Positions 37,511 through 48,014 of a stretch of DNA of 64,000 nucleotides are shown here, piece after piece (positions within the stretch are counted from its first letter, which is position 1; every line of letters starts with the position of its first letter). The notes beneath the pieces are model-generated. The model saw only the letters and a list, made by a program, of their open reading frames with translations, was not told the DNA's origin and searched no databases. The stretch spans positions 32,001-96,000 of the forward strand of contig CAXXGJ010000002.1 in the NCBI GenBank assembly GCA_963677895.2. The letters run 5' to 3'. Position numbers and translations under genes: made by a program. The DNA is from Treponemataceae bacterium (GTDB lineage Bacteria; Spirochaetota; Spirochaetia; Treponematales; Rectinemataceae).

Positions 37511-38169
37511 AATTTTCGACCTCATCGCCCAGGCCGGTGCTGGAAACCATCCTCATGGTGATCGCGTCCACGACGATCGCGGGACTGTTCGGCGGTTCCA
37601 TCGGCCTCGCGCTCTACTTCATGTCGAACGAAAGGCTTTCCGAGCATTCGGGCCAGCTTTCGATCGTGAAAAAAGTCGCTGACCGGGTGATCAATACCCT
37701 GAGGTCCTTTCCCTTCGTCATTCTCATGGTTCTTGTGCTTCCTCTTTCGCGCCTCATCGTGGGGACGAGCCTTGGGACGGTGGCGGCCATCGTGCCTCTT
37801 TCCATCGCGGCCATGCCCTTCGTGGCGCGCATCGTCGAATCGTCGTTGGCCGAAATCGATGGCGGCATACTCGACGCGGCTCTCTCTTCGGGAGCCACGA
37901 AGGCCAGGATCCTCTTCGCCATTCTCGTGCCTGAAGCCCTCCCCTCGCTGATCGCCGGTCTCACGCTCACGATGATCAACCTGGTGGGTTATTCCGCCAT
38001 GGCAGGGGTCATCGGAGGGGGCGGTCTCGGCGATCTGGCCATCAGATATGGCTACCAGCGTTTCAGGACCGACATCATGATCGCATCGGTGCTCTCGATC
38101 ATCGTACTCGTCGAGGGAATCCAGATGACGGGCAACAGGATCACGAGGAATCTGAAGCTCAAGCGCTGA
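37507..38169 (+). CDS. metI: Methionine ABC transporter permease (true start probably ATG 37503 with a +1 indel near 37536)
   Basis: RSFPFVIL, PFVARIVE, YSAMAG..GGGGLGDLAIRYGY. Confidence 0.9.
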   Translation: MKFSTSSPRPVLETILMVIASTTIAGLFGGSIGLALYFMSNERLSEHSGQLSIVKKVADRVINTLRSFPFVILMVLVLPLSRLIVGTSLGTVAAIVPLSIAAMPFVARIVESSLAEIDGGILDAALSSGATKARILFAILVPEALPSLIAGLTLTMINLVGYSAMAGVIGGGGLGDLAIRYGYQRFRTDIMIASVLSIIVLVEGIQMTGNRITRNLKLKR

Positions 38170-38225
38170 CAAGACAGTCCCCAATGCCCCCTATGGCGGC
38201 ATAATCTCATCGCAGGAGGTTCGCT

Positions 38226-39041
38226 ATGAACCGGAACAACCGCACTGTATCCTTTATCCTGGCGACGGCATTGGCAATCGCCGCCGTCTCCGTCCCGGCC
38301 TTCGCCCAGACCGCGCAGAAGCCCGTGACTCTCAAAGTCGGCGCCAATCCCATTCCCCACGCTGACTTGCTCAACCTGGTAAAGGCGGATCTTCTCGCCC
38401 AGGGCATCAAGCTCGAAATCGTCGAGATCACCGACTATGTGACGCCCAACCTCCTTCTCGCCGAAAAGCAACTCGACGCGAATTTTTTCCAGCACACGCC
38501 CTACCTCAACAATTTCGCGGCGGAGCGTAAGCTGGCCCTGGAACCCGCCGGCCAGGTATTCGTCGCGCCTCTCGGCCTCTATTCCAGGAAGTACAAGAAG
38601 TTGAACGATCTTCCAGTCGGCGCCGTCATCACGATACCGAACGATCCGACCAACGAAGCCCGCGCCCTCATACTTTTCCAGAACAAGGGGCTCATAAAGC
38701 TGGCCGCCGGCTCTGGGCTGAAGGCGACGATACGCGACATCACCGAGAATCCCAAGAAATTCCAGTTCAAGGAAATCGAGGCTCCGCAGCTTCCGAGAAC
38801 GTTGGACGACGCCGCCGCCGCCGTGATCAACGGCAGCTTCGCCACCCAGGCCGGTTTCTATCCCTCAAGGGATAACCTGATGATCGAAGGCGCCGAGTCT
38901 CCCTATCCCAATATCCTGGCCACCCGCAAGGGCGACGCCGACGATTGGCGCGTAGTGGCCCTGCTCAAGGCCCTGCAGTCCGAAAAAGTGCGACAGTATC
39001 TCGAGAACAACTATAACGGGAGTTTCGTGCCGGCTTTCTGA
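38226..39041 (+). CDS. metQ: MetQ/NlpA family substrate-binding protein
   Basis: PHADLL, DYVTPN, DANFFQH.PYL, IPNDPTNEARAL. Confidence 0.93.
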   Translation: MNRNNRTVSFILATALAIAAVSVPAFAQTAQKPVTLKVGANPIPHADLLNLVKADLLAQGIKLEIVEITDYVTPNLLLAEKQLDANFFQHTPYLNNFAAERKLALEPAGQVFVAPLGLYSRKYKKLNDLPVGAVITIPNDPTNEARALILFQNKGLIKLAAGSGLKATIRDITENPKKFQFKEIEAPQLPRTLDDAAAAVINGSFATQAGFYPSRDNLMIEGAESPYPNILATRKGDADDWRVVALLKALQSEKVRQYLENNYNGSFVPAF

Positions 39042-39159
39042 GATCTTATTGTTTGACAGCAAGGCGCCTTCGTGCGATAGTGGCCTGATTTTGCGGCCGC
39101 GACTATCGGAAGGCGTCTTTTTTACGCTTGGTTCCGCCGCGGGAAAGGATAGAGCGAGA

Positions 39160-40395
39160 ATGATGTCCGCGACAGGAAAGCTGGGGTTCATAACAGGCCA
39201 GCCGAAGAACTGGAAAGTCACCGCGACCCGCGCTTCTCTCGACAAGCTCATCTATCAGATGGTCTTCCCCTACCTCGGCGTCTATCTCGTCGGCCTCGGC
39301 GCCACGGGCACCACGCTGGGGCTGGCCAATGGCCTGGGCATGGCCTTGAGCGCTCTTTACGGCCTTGTCGGCGCTTCTTTTATAAAGCGATCCGGCACCA
39401 GGCGCATGTATCTTCGCGGACTGGCCATAGTCGCCTTTTCCTATCTGGTTCTGGGGCTGGCCGGCGGGTGGGTCGTGGGCATGGCGGGTGTGATGGCCTG
39501 GTGGCTGGGCTCGGCCGAGACCGGTCTCTGCTGCAATGTCGTCTGCGGCAGTTCCCTGGAAAACAAGGGAAGGGCGACGGCCATGGGCACCTGCGAGAGC
39601 GTCGCGCAGGGGACGATGAGCTTCATCGGACCGGCGATCGGCGCCGGCATCGTCGGTCTCCTCGGCGGCCTTAAGGTCGCCACGATCCGTCCGCTGTTTT
39701 TCCTGGCCTTCGCGGGCGAAATCGGCTGTCTTTATTTCGTGAAGCGCAATCTGACGGACTGCGGCGCCGCCGCGCGCGCCTCGATGCGCGCGGGCGCGGG
39801 CGCCGGCCTCGCCAATCCCTTTCATATCCTAAGAGGAAGAAAGCATCTGGGCAGGTTCATCGCCGTCTCCTGCCTGACCAACCTTCCCGTCGGCATGGTG
39901 CTGCCTTTCACCCAGCTTTTCGCGAGCGAAACGAAATCCGCCAGTCCCTATATCCTCGCCGCTATGGTGACGGGCTCCGCCTTGGTCAGTCTCGCGGTCG
40001 GGCTTCCCCTCGGGAAAGTGGCCGACAGGATCGGCAGGAAAAAAATCCTTTATGGGCTCGCGCCGCTCTTTTTGGCGAGCAATATTCTGCTCATTTCCAG
40101 TTCGGCTCCCGTTCTTCTGATCCTTTCGGGAATCCTCCAGGGCGTCCTCCCCGTCACTCTCGTCATTTCCGCCGCCATGGCTTTCGAGCAGGTGCCCGCG
40201 GAGGATATGGGCGACTGGATGGCCATACTCCGGTTTTTCAAGATGGCCATGGGAGCCGTCCTGACGATTCTCTGCGGACTGATCTGGGATCATCTGGGCC
40301 CGCAATGGGTCTTTATATTCGCGGCCGGCATAGACATTTTCGTGAGAATTCCCCTGCTGATGAGCATTCCCGAAACCCTGGAAAAGAAAGCTTAG
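39160..40395 (+). CDS. MFS transporter
   Basis: About 12 TM segments, GKVADRIGRK; TTGACA-17-GATAGT at 39053-39081. Confidence 0.85.
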   Translation: MMSATGKLGFITGQPKNWKVTATRASLDKLIYQMVFPYLGVYLVGLGATGTTLGLANGLGMALSALYGLVGASFIKRSGTRRMYLRGLAIVAFSYLVLGLAGGWVVGMAGVMAWWLGSAETGLCCNVVCGSSLENKGRATAMGTCESVAQGTMSFIGPAIGAGIVGLLGGLKVATIRPLFFLAFAGEIGCLYFVKRNLTDCGAAARASMRAGAGAGLANPFHILRGRKHLGRFIAVSCLTNLPVGMVLPFTQLFASETKSASPYILAAMVTGSALVSLAVGLPLGKVADRIGRKKILYGLAPLFLASNILLISSSAPVLLILSGILQGVLPVTLVISAAMAFEQVPAEDMGDWMAILRFFKMAMGAVLTILCGLIWDHLGPQWVFIFAAGIDIFVRIPLLMSIPETLEKKA

Positions 40396-40497
40396 GTCCT
40401 AGGGGCAGGCTGCCCGACCGGGGCGATATTAAACCGCTGCGTGTCCTTTACCCATGGCCGATGAAATTAGTATTTTTTTATCGGAAGGAGCGCTTCG

Positions 40498-41658
40498 ATG
40501 AAATACATCATCATCGGCAATGGAGCGGCGGGCATGGCCGCCGCCGAAGCGATACGCGATAAGGACCCCGAGGGCGAGGTTGTTATCTATACGAACGAGG
40601 ATCGGTACAACTATTCGCGCCCCAGGATCATCGAATATTTGAACGGAACTTTCCCCGGCGAGAAACTGACGATCAGGGGGAAGGAATTCTACGACAAGAA
40701 GAATCTGCGGCTCGTGAAGCCGGCATCGATCGAGTCCATCGATCCGCCTGCCCGCGCCGTGTCGCTTCGCGGCGGGGCCCTGGATCATTTCGACAGGCTC
40801 ATCATCGCGACCGGGGCTTCGGCCTTCAGGCCGCCCATCGAAGGCGCGGAGCTCGACTCCGTCTTCACGCTGAGGACGATCGACGACGCCGACAGAATCC
40901 TGGCCCGCTGCGCCGGCGGTAAAGAAGTCGTCGTTATAGGCGGCGGCCTTCTGGGAATCGAGACGGCGGCCAATCTCGCGAAGGCGGGCATGAAGACCAC
41001 CATTGTGGAAATGTTCGACCGACTCCTGCCCCGCCAGCTGGACGCAGAAGCCGCCTCGGTGCTCCAAACGATGCTCGAAAAAAGGGGCTTGCGCTTTCTT
41101 CTGGGGAAACAGACCTCGGCGATCCGGAAAAAGGGCGAGGTTTCGGCGCTGATCTTCCGCGACGGCTCGTCGATCGAAGCCGACATAATCATCTTTTCGG
41201 CCGGCATTGTGAGCAACGTCGAGCTTGCCCGCGGCGCGGGAATCCTCTGCGATCGGGGCATCGTCGTCGACGAACATATGGAGACCAATATTCCCGGCAT
41301 CTTCGCCGCCGGCGACGCCGCCCAGTTCCGGGGCAGGGTATACGGCCTTTGGCCTGTCGCCAGGGAGCAGGGCGGCATCGCCGGCCGCAACGCCGCGGGC
41401 GAAGAGGCGACGTACTCCGGCAGTCCCGTATCCGTCAAGCTCAAGGTGAGCGGGATCGAACTCGTTTCCTTGGGATCGATCGAGGCGGGCGAGGGCGTCT
41501 CCGTCGTGACGAAACGCGGCGATGAGCGCTTCAAGCGCCTTTTCCTGAAAGAGGGGCGGCTGGCCGGAGCCATTCTCATCGGCGACGTATCGGGCTTTGC
41601 AGGGCTTCAGAGACTCCTGATGTCAGGGGAAATTGTCGGGGAGCCTGAATCTTTATAA
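40498..41658 (+). CDS. NAD(P)H/FAD-dependent oxidoreductase (rubredoxin reductase / NirB N-terminal-like)
   Basis: IIGNGAAG, ATGA, VIGGGLLGIE, TNIPGIFAAGD. Confidence 0.9.
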   Translation: MKYIIIGNGAAGMAAAEAIRDKDPEGEVVIYTNEDRYNYSRPRIIEYLNGTFPGEKLTIRGKEFYDKKNLRLVKPASIESIDPPARAVSLRGGALDHFDRLIIATGASAFRPPIEGAELDSVFTLRTIDDADRILARCAGGKEVVVIGGGLLGIETAANLAKAGMKTTIVEMFDRLLPRQLDAEAASVLQTMLEKRGLRFLLGKQTSAIRKKGEVSALIFRDGSSIEADIIIFSAGIVSNVELARGAGILCDRGIVVDEHMETNIPGIFAAGDAAQFRGRVYGLWPVAREQGGIAGRNAAGEEATYSGSPVSVKLKVSGIELVSLGSIEAGEGVSVVTKRGDERFKRLFLKEGRLAGAILIGDVSGFAGLQRLLMSGEIVGEPESL

Positions 41659-41732
41659 TCCATACTCTGGCCTCGCCGTCCGGGGAGCATTATAATCGTG
41701 CTGAAAAGCATCGATTCCACAGGAGGATATTC

Positions 41733-42632
41733 ATGAAGAGAAGACTTTTCGCGATTCTGACCTTGGCGATATTCGCCGCCGCCAGCGTCTGGGCAGCGCC
41801 TGGAGTTTTCGGACCCTACGCCTTCAACGCGATCGCGGTGAGCGTTCCCTCCCGCGGCGTAAACATTCCCGCGCTGCTTACGCTTCCCCAAAAGGAAGGC
41901 AAGCTCCCCCTCGTCGTCATGGCCCATGGGCACGGCGGCAGCAAGGAAGAAAATGGCGGCTTCACTGCCATCGCCGAAGCGCTCGCGGTCCGCGGCGTGG
42001 CGAGCATCAGGATGGACTTCCCTGGCTGCGGCGCGAGCGCCGAATCCTTCACCGCGAATACCCTCACCAATATGCTCGCCGATATGGAAGCGGCGCGCGC
42101 CTACGCGGTGGGCCGGACGCAGATTGATCTCTCCAACATGGGCGTCTTCGGCTACAGCATGGGCGGTCGACTCGCGATCCTCTCAGCCTCGAAGGGCTAC
42201 CGCTCCCTGGGCCTCCTCGCGCCCGTAGGCACCGATGGCCCCGATGCGATGTATGTTTTCATGGGTGGGAAGGAAAAATACGCCGAATACGCCGCGAAAG
42301 CCAAGGCCGAAGGCCATGTGCTCTTCACGACTCCCTATGGTCAGATACAGGATCTGAGCGCGAAATGGTTCAGCGACAACGAAGCGGCCAAGGGTCTCGC
42401 CGCCGTGTCCGCGTTCACCGGTCCCATTCTCTTCGTGACGGGCAGCGCCGACACTATCATCCCGGCGCCCGTAATCCAGGCGACGGCTGGAGCGGCGGTG
42501 GCCAGCTCGTATATCGAGATCGTGCCCGTGGCCGGCGCCGACCACGGCTACGGCTTCTACGGCGGCGACTCCGCCCTCAAAGCCCAGACGGCCGAAGCGA
42601 TCGCCAGCTTCTTTGCCCTCACGCTGCGCTGA
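41733..42632 (+). CDS. Exported alpha/beta hydrolase
   Basis: Signal peptide; HGHGG, DFPGCGAS, GYSMGG, GSADT, GADHG. Confidence 0.9.
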   Translation: MKRRLFAILTLAIFAAASVWAAPGVFGPYAFNAIAVSVPSRGVNIPALLTLPQKEGKLPLVVMAHGHGGSKEENGGFTAIAEALAVRGVASIRMDFPGCGASAESFTANTLTNMLADMEAARAYAVGRTQIDLSNMGVFGYSMGGRLAILSASKGYRSLGLLAPVGTDGPDAMYVFMGGKEKYAEYAAKAKAEGHVLFTTPYGQIQDLSAKWFSDNEAAKGLAAVSAFTGPILFVTGSADTIIPAPVIQATAGAAVASSYIEIVPVAGADHGYGFYGGDSALKAQTAEAIASFFALTLR

Positions 42633-42724
42633 TCCGTAAACGGGGGGTCGCGGCGCTGATTAAGCCGCGGCCACCTTCGGAGCCGTTCTGGCGGACTGAG
42701 CAGCGGTTCCAGGCTGATCTTCAG

Positions 42725-43246
42725 TTATTCGCGCTCCTTGCCGCGATCGTGGCTGAGGAACAGCCCCATGCAGACGAGGTCCTCATATTCTCCCTTGAAT
42801 TTTCGTTTTTTCCTGAGGCAGCCTTCTTCGGTAAAGCCTGCTTTCATGTATAGGGCTCGGGCTGCCGTATTCGTTTCGAACACTTCGAGCTCCAGCTTCT
42901 CGAGGCCAAGCCTCATGGCCCCTTCGATGCAGGCACTCAAGAGCCTTTCGCCCAGCCCTTTGCCCCGGTGCTCCGCGGCTATGCCCATTCCGACGGTCGC
43001 CGTATGGCGTATCTCCTCGAAACCGCCGATATTGATGTCGATCCAGCCGACGAGCTCGCCGGAGTCGGTGTAGGCTCCAAGCATGGGATTGCCTGCTTCG
43101 TTGTGCGCTTCTATGTACTTTCTCGTACTTCCTGAGGGGAAACGCAGCGAGAAAAAGAGGTATTTCTCCTCGTCTTTTATCCTGTTGATGAGCGAAAAAA
43201 GAATGTCGGCATCATTGGGCGATACTGGTCTGATCTCATAGTTCAT
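42725..43246 (-). CDS. GNAT family N-acetyltransferase
   Basis: RGKGLG, LEVFETNTAARALY.KAGF; ATG overlaps the upstream TGA. Confidence 0.88.
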   Translation of the reverse strand: MNYEIRPVSPNDADILFSLINRIKDEEKYLFFSLRFPSGSTRKYIEAHNEAGNPMLGAYTDSGELVGWIDINIGGFEEIRHTATVGMGIAAEHRGKGLGERLLSACIEGAMRLGLEKLELEVFETNTAARALYMKAGFTEEGCLRKKRKFKGEYEDLVCMGLFLSHDRGKERE

Positions 43247-44136
43247 GACGGCCTCCCCGCCGACCACAACATCTTGTTGTCTTCGAAGCCGTACCGAACC
43301 TTGCCTTCGTTTTTGAGGTAGGAAAGGAAGGAACGGAGCGTGCTGCCGGCGAGGACATATTGCCCATGATCCAGTCTTATCCCGTAGCGGCCCGATATTT
43401 CCGCGAAAAGGTCTTCGAAGATGAGAGGCTTTTCGAGCGCCTTCAGGATGCTGGCCTCGATCTTCTCGACCCTGTCCCTGTTCGCTTCGACGAGAGGATA
43501 GATGGAGTCGCACACTTCGCCGTGGGAAGGGACGAAATAGCGGGACTTTATGCCGCCTAACGTCTTTAAGCTTTTCTTGAACGCCTCGACGTCATAGATA
43601 AAGGGAATCTTGTATTTTTCCAGAATATTTTCCCCGAAAAGGCTGTCTCCCAGGTAGAAGACGCCGTCCTTCGTGAGAACGCCTATCATGTCGATGAAAT
43701 GGCCGGGCAGGGGAACGAAGGTGAGCGATTCCGTGCTGTCGCTTGGGCTGATCAATCGCGTAACCTTCGACGATTTGGCCTCGAAGAATTTGGAGCGCAG
43801 TTCCCTGAAGGGAAAACCGCCCCATAGAAGGCTGCTCTCGAGGTATGGATTTTCTATGAACGAAGATTCGCCCCGCGTGGCCCATATTTCGCAGCCCGTC
43901 ATCCCCTGCAGGTAATTGTTGGCGCCGATGTGGTCGGCGTTGGAGTGCGTGTTGATGATTGTCTTGAGGGACCAGGCCTTCTCGCCGAGGATCTTGAGGA
44001 TTCTCCTGCCCGCGTCCTTGTCGTTGCCCGAATCTATGAGCTGCGCCGCGCCCGCGTCGGCGTAAATGCCTATGTTCGTGGGGCCTGGAACGAGCCAGGA
44101 ATTGCCTTCGAGGTGAAGCAAAGGAAGATTGTCCAT
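43243..44136 (-). CDS. MBL-fold metallo-hydrolase
   Basis: LIDSG, THSNADHIG, LPGH, GDS, PSHG. Confidence 0.9.
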   Translation of the reverse strand: MDNLPLLHLEGNSWLVPGPTNIGIYADAGAAQLIDSGNDKDAGRRILKILGEKAWSLKTIINTHSNADHIGANNYLQGMTGCEIWATRGESSFIENPYLESSLLWGGFPFRELRSKFFEAKSSKVTRLISPSDSTESLTFVPLPGHFIDMIGVLTKDGVFYLGDSLFGENILEKYKIPFIYDVEAFKKSLKTLGGIKSRYFVPSHGEVCDSIYPLVEANRDRVEKIEASILKALEKPLIFEDLFAEISGRYGIRLDHGQYVLAGSTLRSFLSYLKNEGKVRYGFEDNKMLWSAGRPS

Positions 44137-44224
44137 GATGGCTCCTATGGCCGCCGCGTCTGGACTGTCCGGGAATCGCTTCCCGGGCAATCCAGATTCA
44201 AGCTTCTCTTCGCTTCAGTCCAGT

Positions 44225-46303
44225 TCACCCGAACAGGTGATACTGGGCGATGAGTGGGGCGAAGAGGCTGGAGACGAGGCTCATGACCGTGATGAGCGTA
44301 TTCAGGGAAGGACCGGCCGTATCCTTGAAGGGGTCGCCGACGGTGTCGCCGACCACGGCGGCCTTGTGCGCTTCGGATCCAGGTCCGCCGCAGTTGCCCG
44401 CTTCGATATATTTCTTGGCGTTGTCCCAGAGTCCGCCGGCGTTGGACATCAGAAGGGCGAAGACGACGCCGGTGAATATGGCGCCGCCGAGGAAGCCACC
44501 CAGAGCGGTCGGTCCCAGGACGAAGCCTACCACGAGGGGAAGGACGACGGCGAGCAGGGCCGGGAACACGAGGGCGCGAAGGGCTCCCGAGGAAGCTATG
44601 CCGACGCAGCGCGAGTAATCCGGGAGTTCGGTGCCGGCGAGAATGCCCGGCTTTGCCTTGAACTGGCGGCGGATTTCCTCGATCATCGTGAAGGCGTTGC
44701 GCGTCACCGCGAGCATGGTCAGGGCGCTGAAGAGCGGCGGGACGATGCAGCCAAGGAATATGCCGCTAAGGACTATCGGGTCCTGCAGGTTCATGAGGAA
44801 GCTTCCGCCCGAGTATTTGACGATGACTTCCGAATAGGCTGCGTACATCGCGAGGACGGTGAGGGCGGCCGCGCTGATGGAGAAGCCTTTCGTGATGGCC
44901 TTGGCCGTATTGCCGGCCGAGTCCAGGACGTCCGCGGTGTCCACTACCTCGTGGCTCATGCCGGACATCTCGGCGATGCCCTTGGCGTTGTCGACGATGG
45001 GGCCGTAGGCGTCGTTCGAAACGACGATGCCGGTGAGGGAGAGCATGCCGACCGCGGCTATGCCGACGCCGTAGATCCCGGGCAGGCCGAAAGCCTGGGC
45101 CGAGAAATAGGAGGTGAGGGTCGCGATTACTATGCCGATGAGGGCGGGCGCTATGGAGATGAGGCCGTAGCTGAAGCCCGTGATGATCGTGAGTCCGGTA
45201 CCCGAGGCGGAAATTTCGGCGACGTTGCGCACGGGTCTGTATTCATCGTTCGTGAAATAGTCGGTGGTGAAGCCGATGATCACGCTGATGACGAGGCCGG
45301 AAATCGTCGCGATGAGGGCTCCGTAATTGAAGACCGTTTCGCCCGCCAGAGCGTTCACGACGACGAAGAGAATGGTCGCGAGCACGCAGAATACCACGCA
45401 GGAGAAAACCGTCCCGAAGTTGAGCGCCTTGCCGGGTTTGCCGTCGGGTCCCACCTTGACGAACTGGAGCCCTATCAGGGCGCTGACGATACCGACGATG
45501 CAGAGGATGAGGGGGAGTATGGCGTACTGCATGCCTATCGTTCCGGCCGCCGCGAAGGAGGTGCCGAGGAGCATGGAGGCTACGGTCGCCGCCACGTAGG
45601 AGTCGAAGATGTCGGCGCCCATGCCGGCCACGTCGCCCACGTTGTCGCCGACGTTGTCGGCGATGACGGCTGGGTTGCGCGGGTCGTCTTCGGGAATGCC
45701 GAGCTCTACCTTGCCCGTCAGGTCGGCCGCGATGTCGGCCGTCTTCGTGTAGATTCCGCCTCCGGCTTTCGCGAGCAGGGCGAGGGAGGAAGCGCCGAAG
45801 CTGAATCCGAGCACGATTTCAGCGTCATGGAAGATCAGGTACAGGAGGCTCATGCCGAAGACGGCTACGCCGACCATCGCCAGGCCCATGACCGCGCCCG
45901 CCTTGAAGGCTACGTTGAATCCCTGTCCGAGGCTTCGTCCGCAGGCCGTGGCCGTCCTGACGTTCGCCTTGACGGCGATCGACATGCCAAGCCAGCCGGC
46001 GAGCGCTGAGCAGAGCGCCCCAAACCCGAAGGCGGCGGCGGTGTAGACGCCATGGAGGGGCCGTTCCGGATCGCCGGAGAAGATGACCCCCAGGACGACG
46101 ACGAGGACCACGGCGACGGCGATGAGCGCGCGATACAACATTTTGAGGTAGGTGGACGCGCCGTCCTTGATCCATGATGCGATTTGCACTGCCTTCTCGG
46201 TTCCTGGTTCCTGACGGAAAACCCAGCGGTAGTACACCAGAGCCGCGGCGATGGAGCCCAAGCCGCAGCCAATGCCAATGTAGAGCCAAAGATCACTATT
46301 CAT
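44225..46303 (-). CDS. hppA: Membrane-bound cation-translocating pyrophosphatase
   Basis: GKVELGIPEDDPRNPAVIADNVGDNVGD, DAYGPIVDNA, GNTAKA, GDTVGDPFKDT. Confidence 0.97.
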   Translation of the reverse strand: MNSDLWLYIGIGCGLGSIAAALVYYRWVFRQEPGTEKAVQIASWIKDGASTYLKMLYRALIAVAVVLVVVLGVIFSGDPERPLHGVYTAAAFGFGALCSALAGWLGMSIAVKANVRTATACGRSLGQGFNVAFKAGAVMGLAMVGVAVFGMSLLYLIFHDAEIVLGFSFGASSLALLAKAGGGIYTKTADIAADLTGKVELGIPEDDPRNPAVIADNVGDNVGDVAGMGADIFDSYVAATVASMLLGTSFAAAGTIGMQYAILPLILCIVGIVSALIGLQFVKVGPDGKPGKALNFGTVFSCVVFCVLATILFVVVNALAGETVFNYGALIATISGLVISVIIGFTTDYFTNDEYRPVRNVAEISASGTGLTIITGFSYGLISIAPALIGIVIATLTSYFSAQAFGLPGIYGVGIAAVGMLSLTGIVVSNDAYGPIVDNAKGIAEMSGMSHEVVDTADVLDSAGNTAKAITKGFSISAAALTVLAMYAAYSEVIVKYSGGSFLMNLQDPIVLSGIFLGCIVPPLFSALTMLAVTRNAFTMIEEIRRQFKAKPGILAGTELPDYSRCVGIASSGALRALVFPALLAVVLPLVVGFVLGPTALGGFLGGAIFTGVVFALLMSNAGGLWDNAKKYIEAGNCGGPGSEAHKAAVVGDTVGDPFKDTAGPSLNTLITVMSLVSSLFAPLIAQYHLFG

Positions 46304-46381
46304 ACTATCCTTTCAGGCTTTCGCGTATTTCTCCAGCGCTTTGTCTCGTGAGGCGGCGGAGCCGGCGAAAACCTTATGTTC

Positions 46382-47146
46382 TCAAATAGTCGCGGATTTC
46401 CACCAGAGATAGTTGGTCTCTTTGAGGGTGTCCATGGACGGGAGCGAATAGGCGGCTAAGCCTTCGGTCTTATTGCCGATATAGAGGCCGTTCTTTATCG
46501 TGCGATAGGAAAAAGTGCCTGGATGGAGCCTGTCGACCACTTTTGCCGCCACTTCCTTGCTTTTGACCTGTTCGAGGCAGGAGCGAAGATGACTGGTGTT
46601 GTCGTAGGGCAGATCTCCGAGCGAGCCATTCAGCGGGTCAGTGGCCAGGTCTCCCAGCCGAAGTTCGACGAAAGTGATGGCCGGTATGCTGAGAGGAGTA
46701 TCCGATCCTCCGCAGAGGAGCCTGAAAAATGGTTCGGGTCCCAACCTGGAAACGACGAGAGGCCTGACGGGAGCGAGTTCGTGATAGAGATGGAGCCCCT
46801 CGCTCGAATCGGCTTTTTCGGCGCTGCGCTGGATGCCGAGCGTCCTCCCGTCTTTTGTGACGAGATACAAGGTGCCGATGGCGGTAAGCGGGACTCTCTC
46901 GAGCACCCTGTATACCGAGGCGTAGACGGTATGTTTAGGCTGGCCGTCCGCATGGGGAACGCAGCGGGCTAGGGCTGTCTCGATGGGGATGTCGGCGTGC
47001 CTGAAGGCGGGATCCACCTCGAAAAAGACCGCCTGGCCCTGCGTCGTATGTTCGGCGCCGACGGCGTAATAATTTCCGAATTCTTCTGGACTCAGCATCG
47101 ACGCGATAAGCGCTTCCGGCATGAGCGAAAGATATAGGTGACGCAT
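46382..47146 (-). CDS. Hypothetical protein
   Basis: 254-aa ORF with SD GGAGG and host-like codon use; family not recognised. Confidence 0.7.
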   Translation of the reverse strand: MRHLYLSLMPEALIASMLSPEEFGNYYAVGAEHTTQGQAVFFEVDPAFRHADIPIETALARCVPHADGQPKHTVYASVYRVLERVPLTAIGTLYLVTKDGRTLGIQRSAEKADSSEGLHLYHELAPVRPLVVSRLGPEPFFRLLCGGSDTPLSIPAITFVELRLGDLATDPLNGSLGDLPYDNTSHLRSCLEQVKSKEVAAKVVDRLHPGTFSYRTIKNGLYIGNKTEGLAAYSLPSMDTLKETNYLWWKSATI

Positions 47147-47237
47147 ATGGCCTCCATTTTTTCGGAATTTTGCAGATTATAATCCCATATCCCGAAGCGC
47201 GCAATGTATGCCATAATTTTAAAAAATCAATTAATAT

Positions 47238-48014
47238 TCATTTTTTGAGATTCGCCTTCATTTCCGGCAGAAAGCGCCAGTATTTCTTGGGCATATGCCC
47301 CGACTGGACGCGCGGATTCCTGCGCTGCGCTATCGCCACGGTATCGAAGTAATGAATCCACCCCGATCTTACGGTCATTTCCCGTTCCGAAAAAGGCGGT
47401 TCATCCCCCGGCGCGAGGGAGAACCCTTCGACCATTTCCCAGGGAGCGCCTGGAGCGTAAAGAATCGCCATGCCGCGTTTCCTGTCGTGGATGGCAAACC
47501 TCATATCCGCGTAGCGGGCGGCGAAATGGTCGCCGATCAGGGGAAGGATGTCGCAGTCTGGCTCTATGGGCGCGTACCAGGAACCATCGGCCAGCTCGGA
47601 GAACCTGATCAGCCCCGTGACGAGATGGGCCTGAGCTTTCGTGCGCAAGGCGGCCTTTACCACGAAGCATATATCGGCATCGCCCATGTTTTCCAGGGCT
47701 TTTCCGCCCTCGCTGGATATTCTCGCGAGAGTTCGGGCGATGGCGTTTTCCTTATCAGGCGCGTCGGAGCAGAAGGCTTCCAGGCAGGTGCGCAGGGCCG
47801 CTTCGCCGGCTTTGCGGGAAAGGCGCCTCCAGAGCAGCGTCGCTCGCGCCTTGTCGCTTGGAACGGTTATGGTTTCGTCGAAGAGTTCCTCGATCGATGA
47901 GGGACCGCGGATGGAAGGCAGGGGGAAGCCCGAACGCGAAGCATTGATCAGCTCGGCGGCGGCGCAGAGGAAACCGGGAAAACCGCCGTCATAATTCAGG
48001 ACGACGGAGTTCAT
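47238..48014 (-). CDS. TIGR03915/DUF4130-type putative DNA repair protein
   Basis: YDGGFPGFL, H...GLIRF, EPDCDIL...HF..RY, HD..RG, MPKKYW..LPE; coupled to the radical SAM gene. Confidence 0.88.
   Translation of the reverse strand: MNSVVLNYDGGFPGFLCAAAELINASRSGFPLPSIRGPSSIEELFDETITVPSDKARATLLWRRLSRKAGEAALRTCLEAFCSDAPDKENAIARTLARISSEGGKALENMGDADICFVVKAALRTKAQAHLVTGLIRFSELADGSWYAPIEPDCDILPLIGDHFAARYADMRFAIHDRKRGMAILYAPGAPWEMVEGFSLAPGDEPPFSEREMTVRSGWIHYFDTVAIAQRRNPRVQSGHMPKKYWRFLPEMKANLKK

Noticed and set aside
44129..46009. 626-aa plus-strand ORF, and similar long ORFs at 26937-28385, 32443-33729, 24616-25725 and 34190-35365
   Set aside because: Antisense or alternate-frame shadows of well-supported genes, expected in high-GC DNA; no recognisable motifs.
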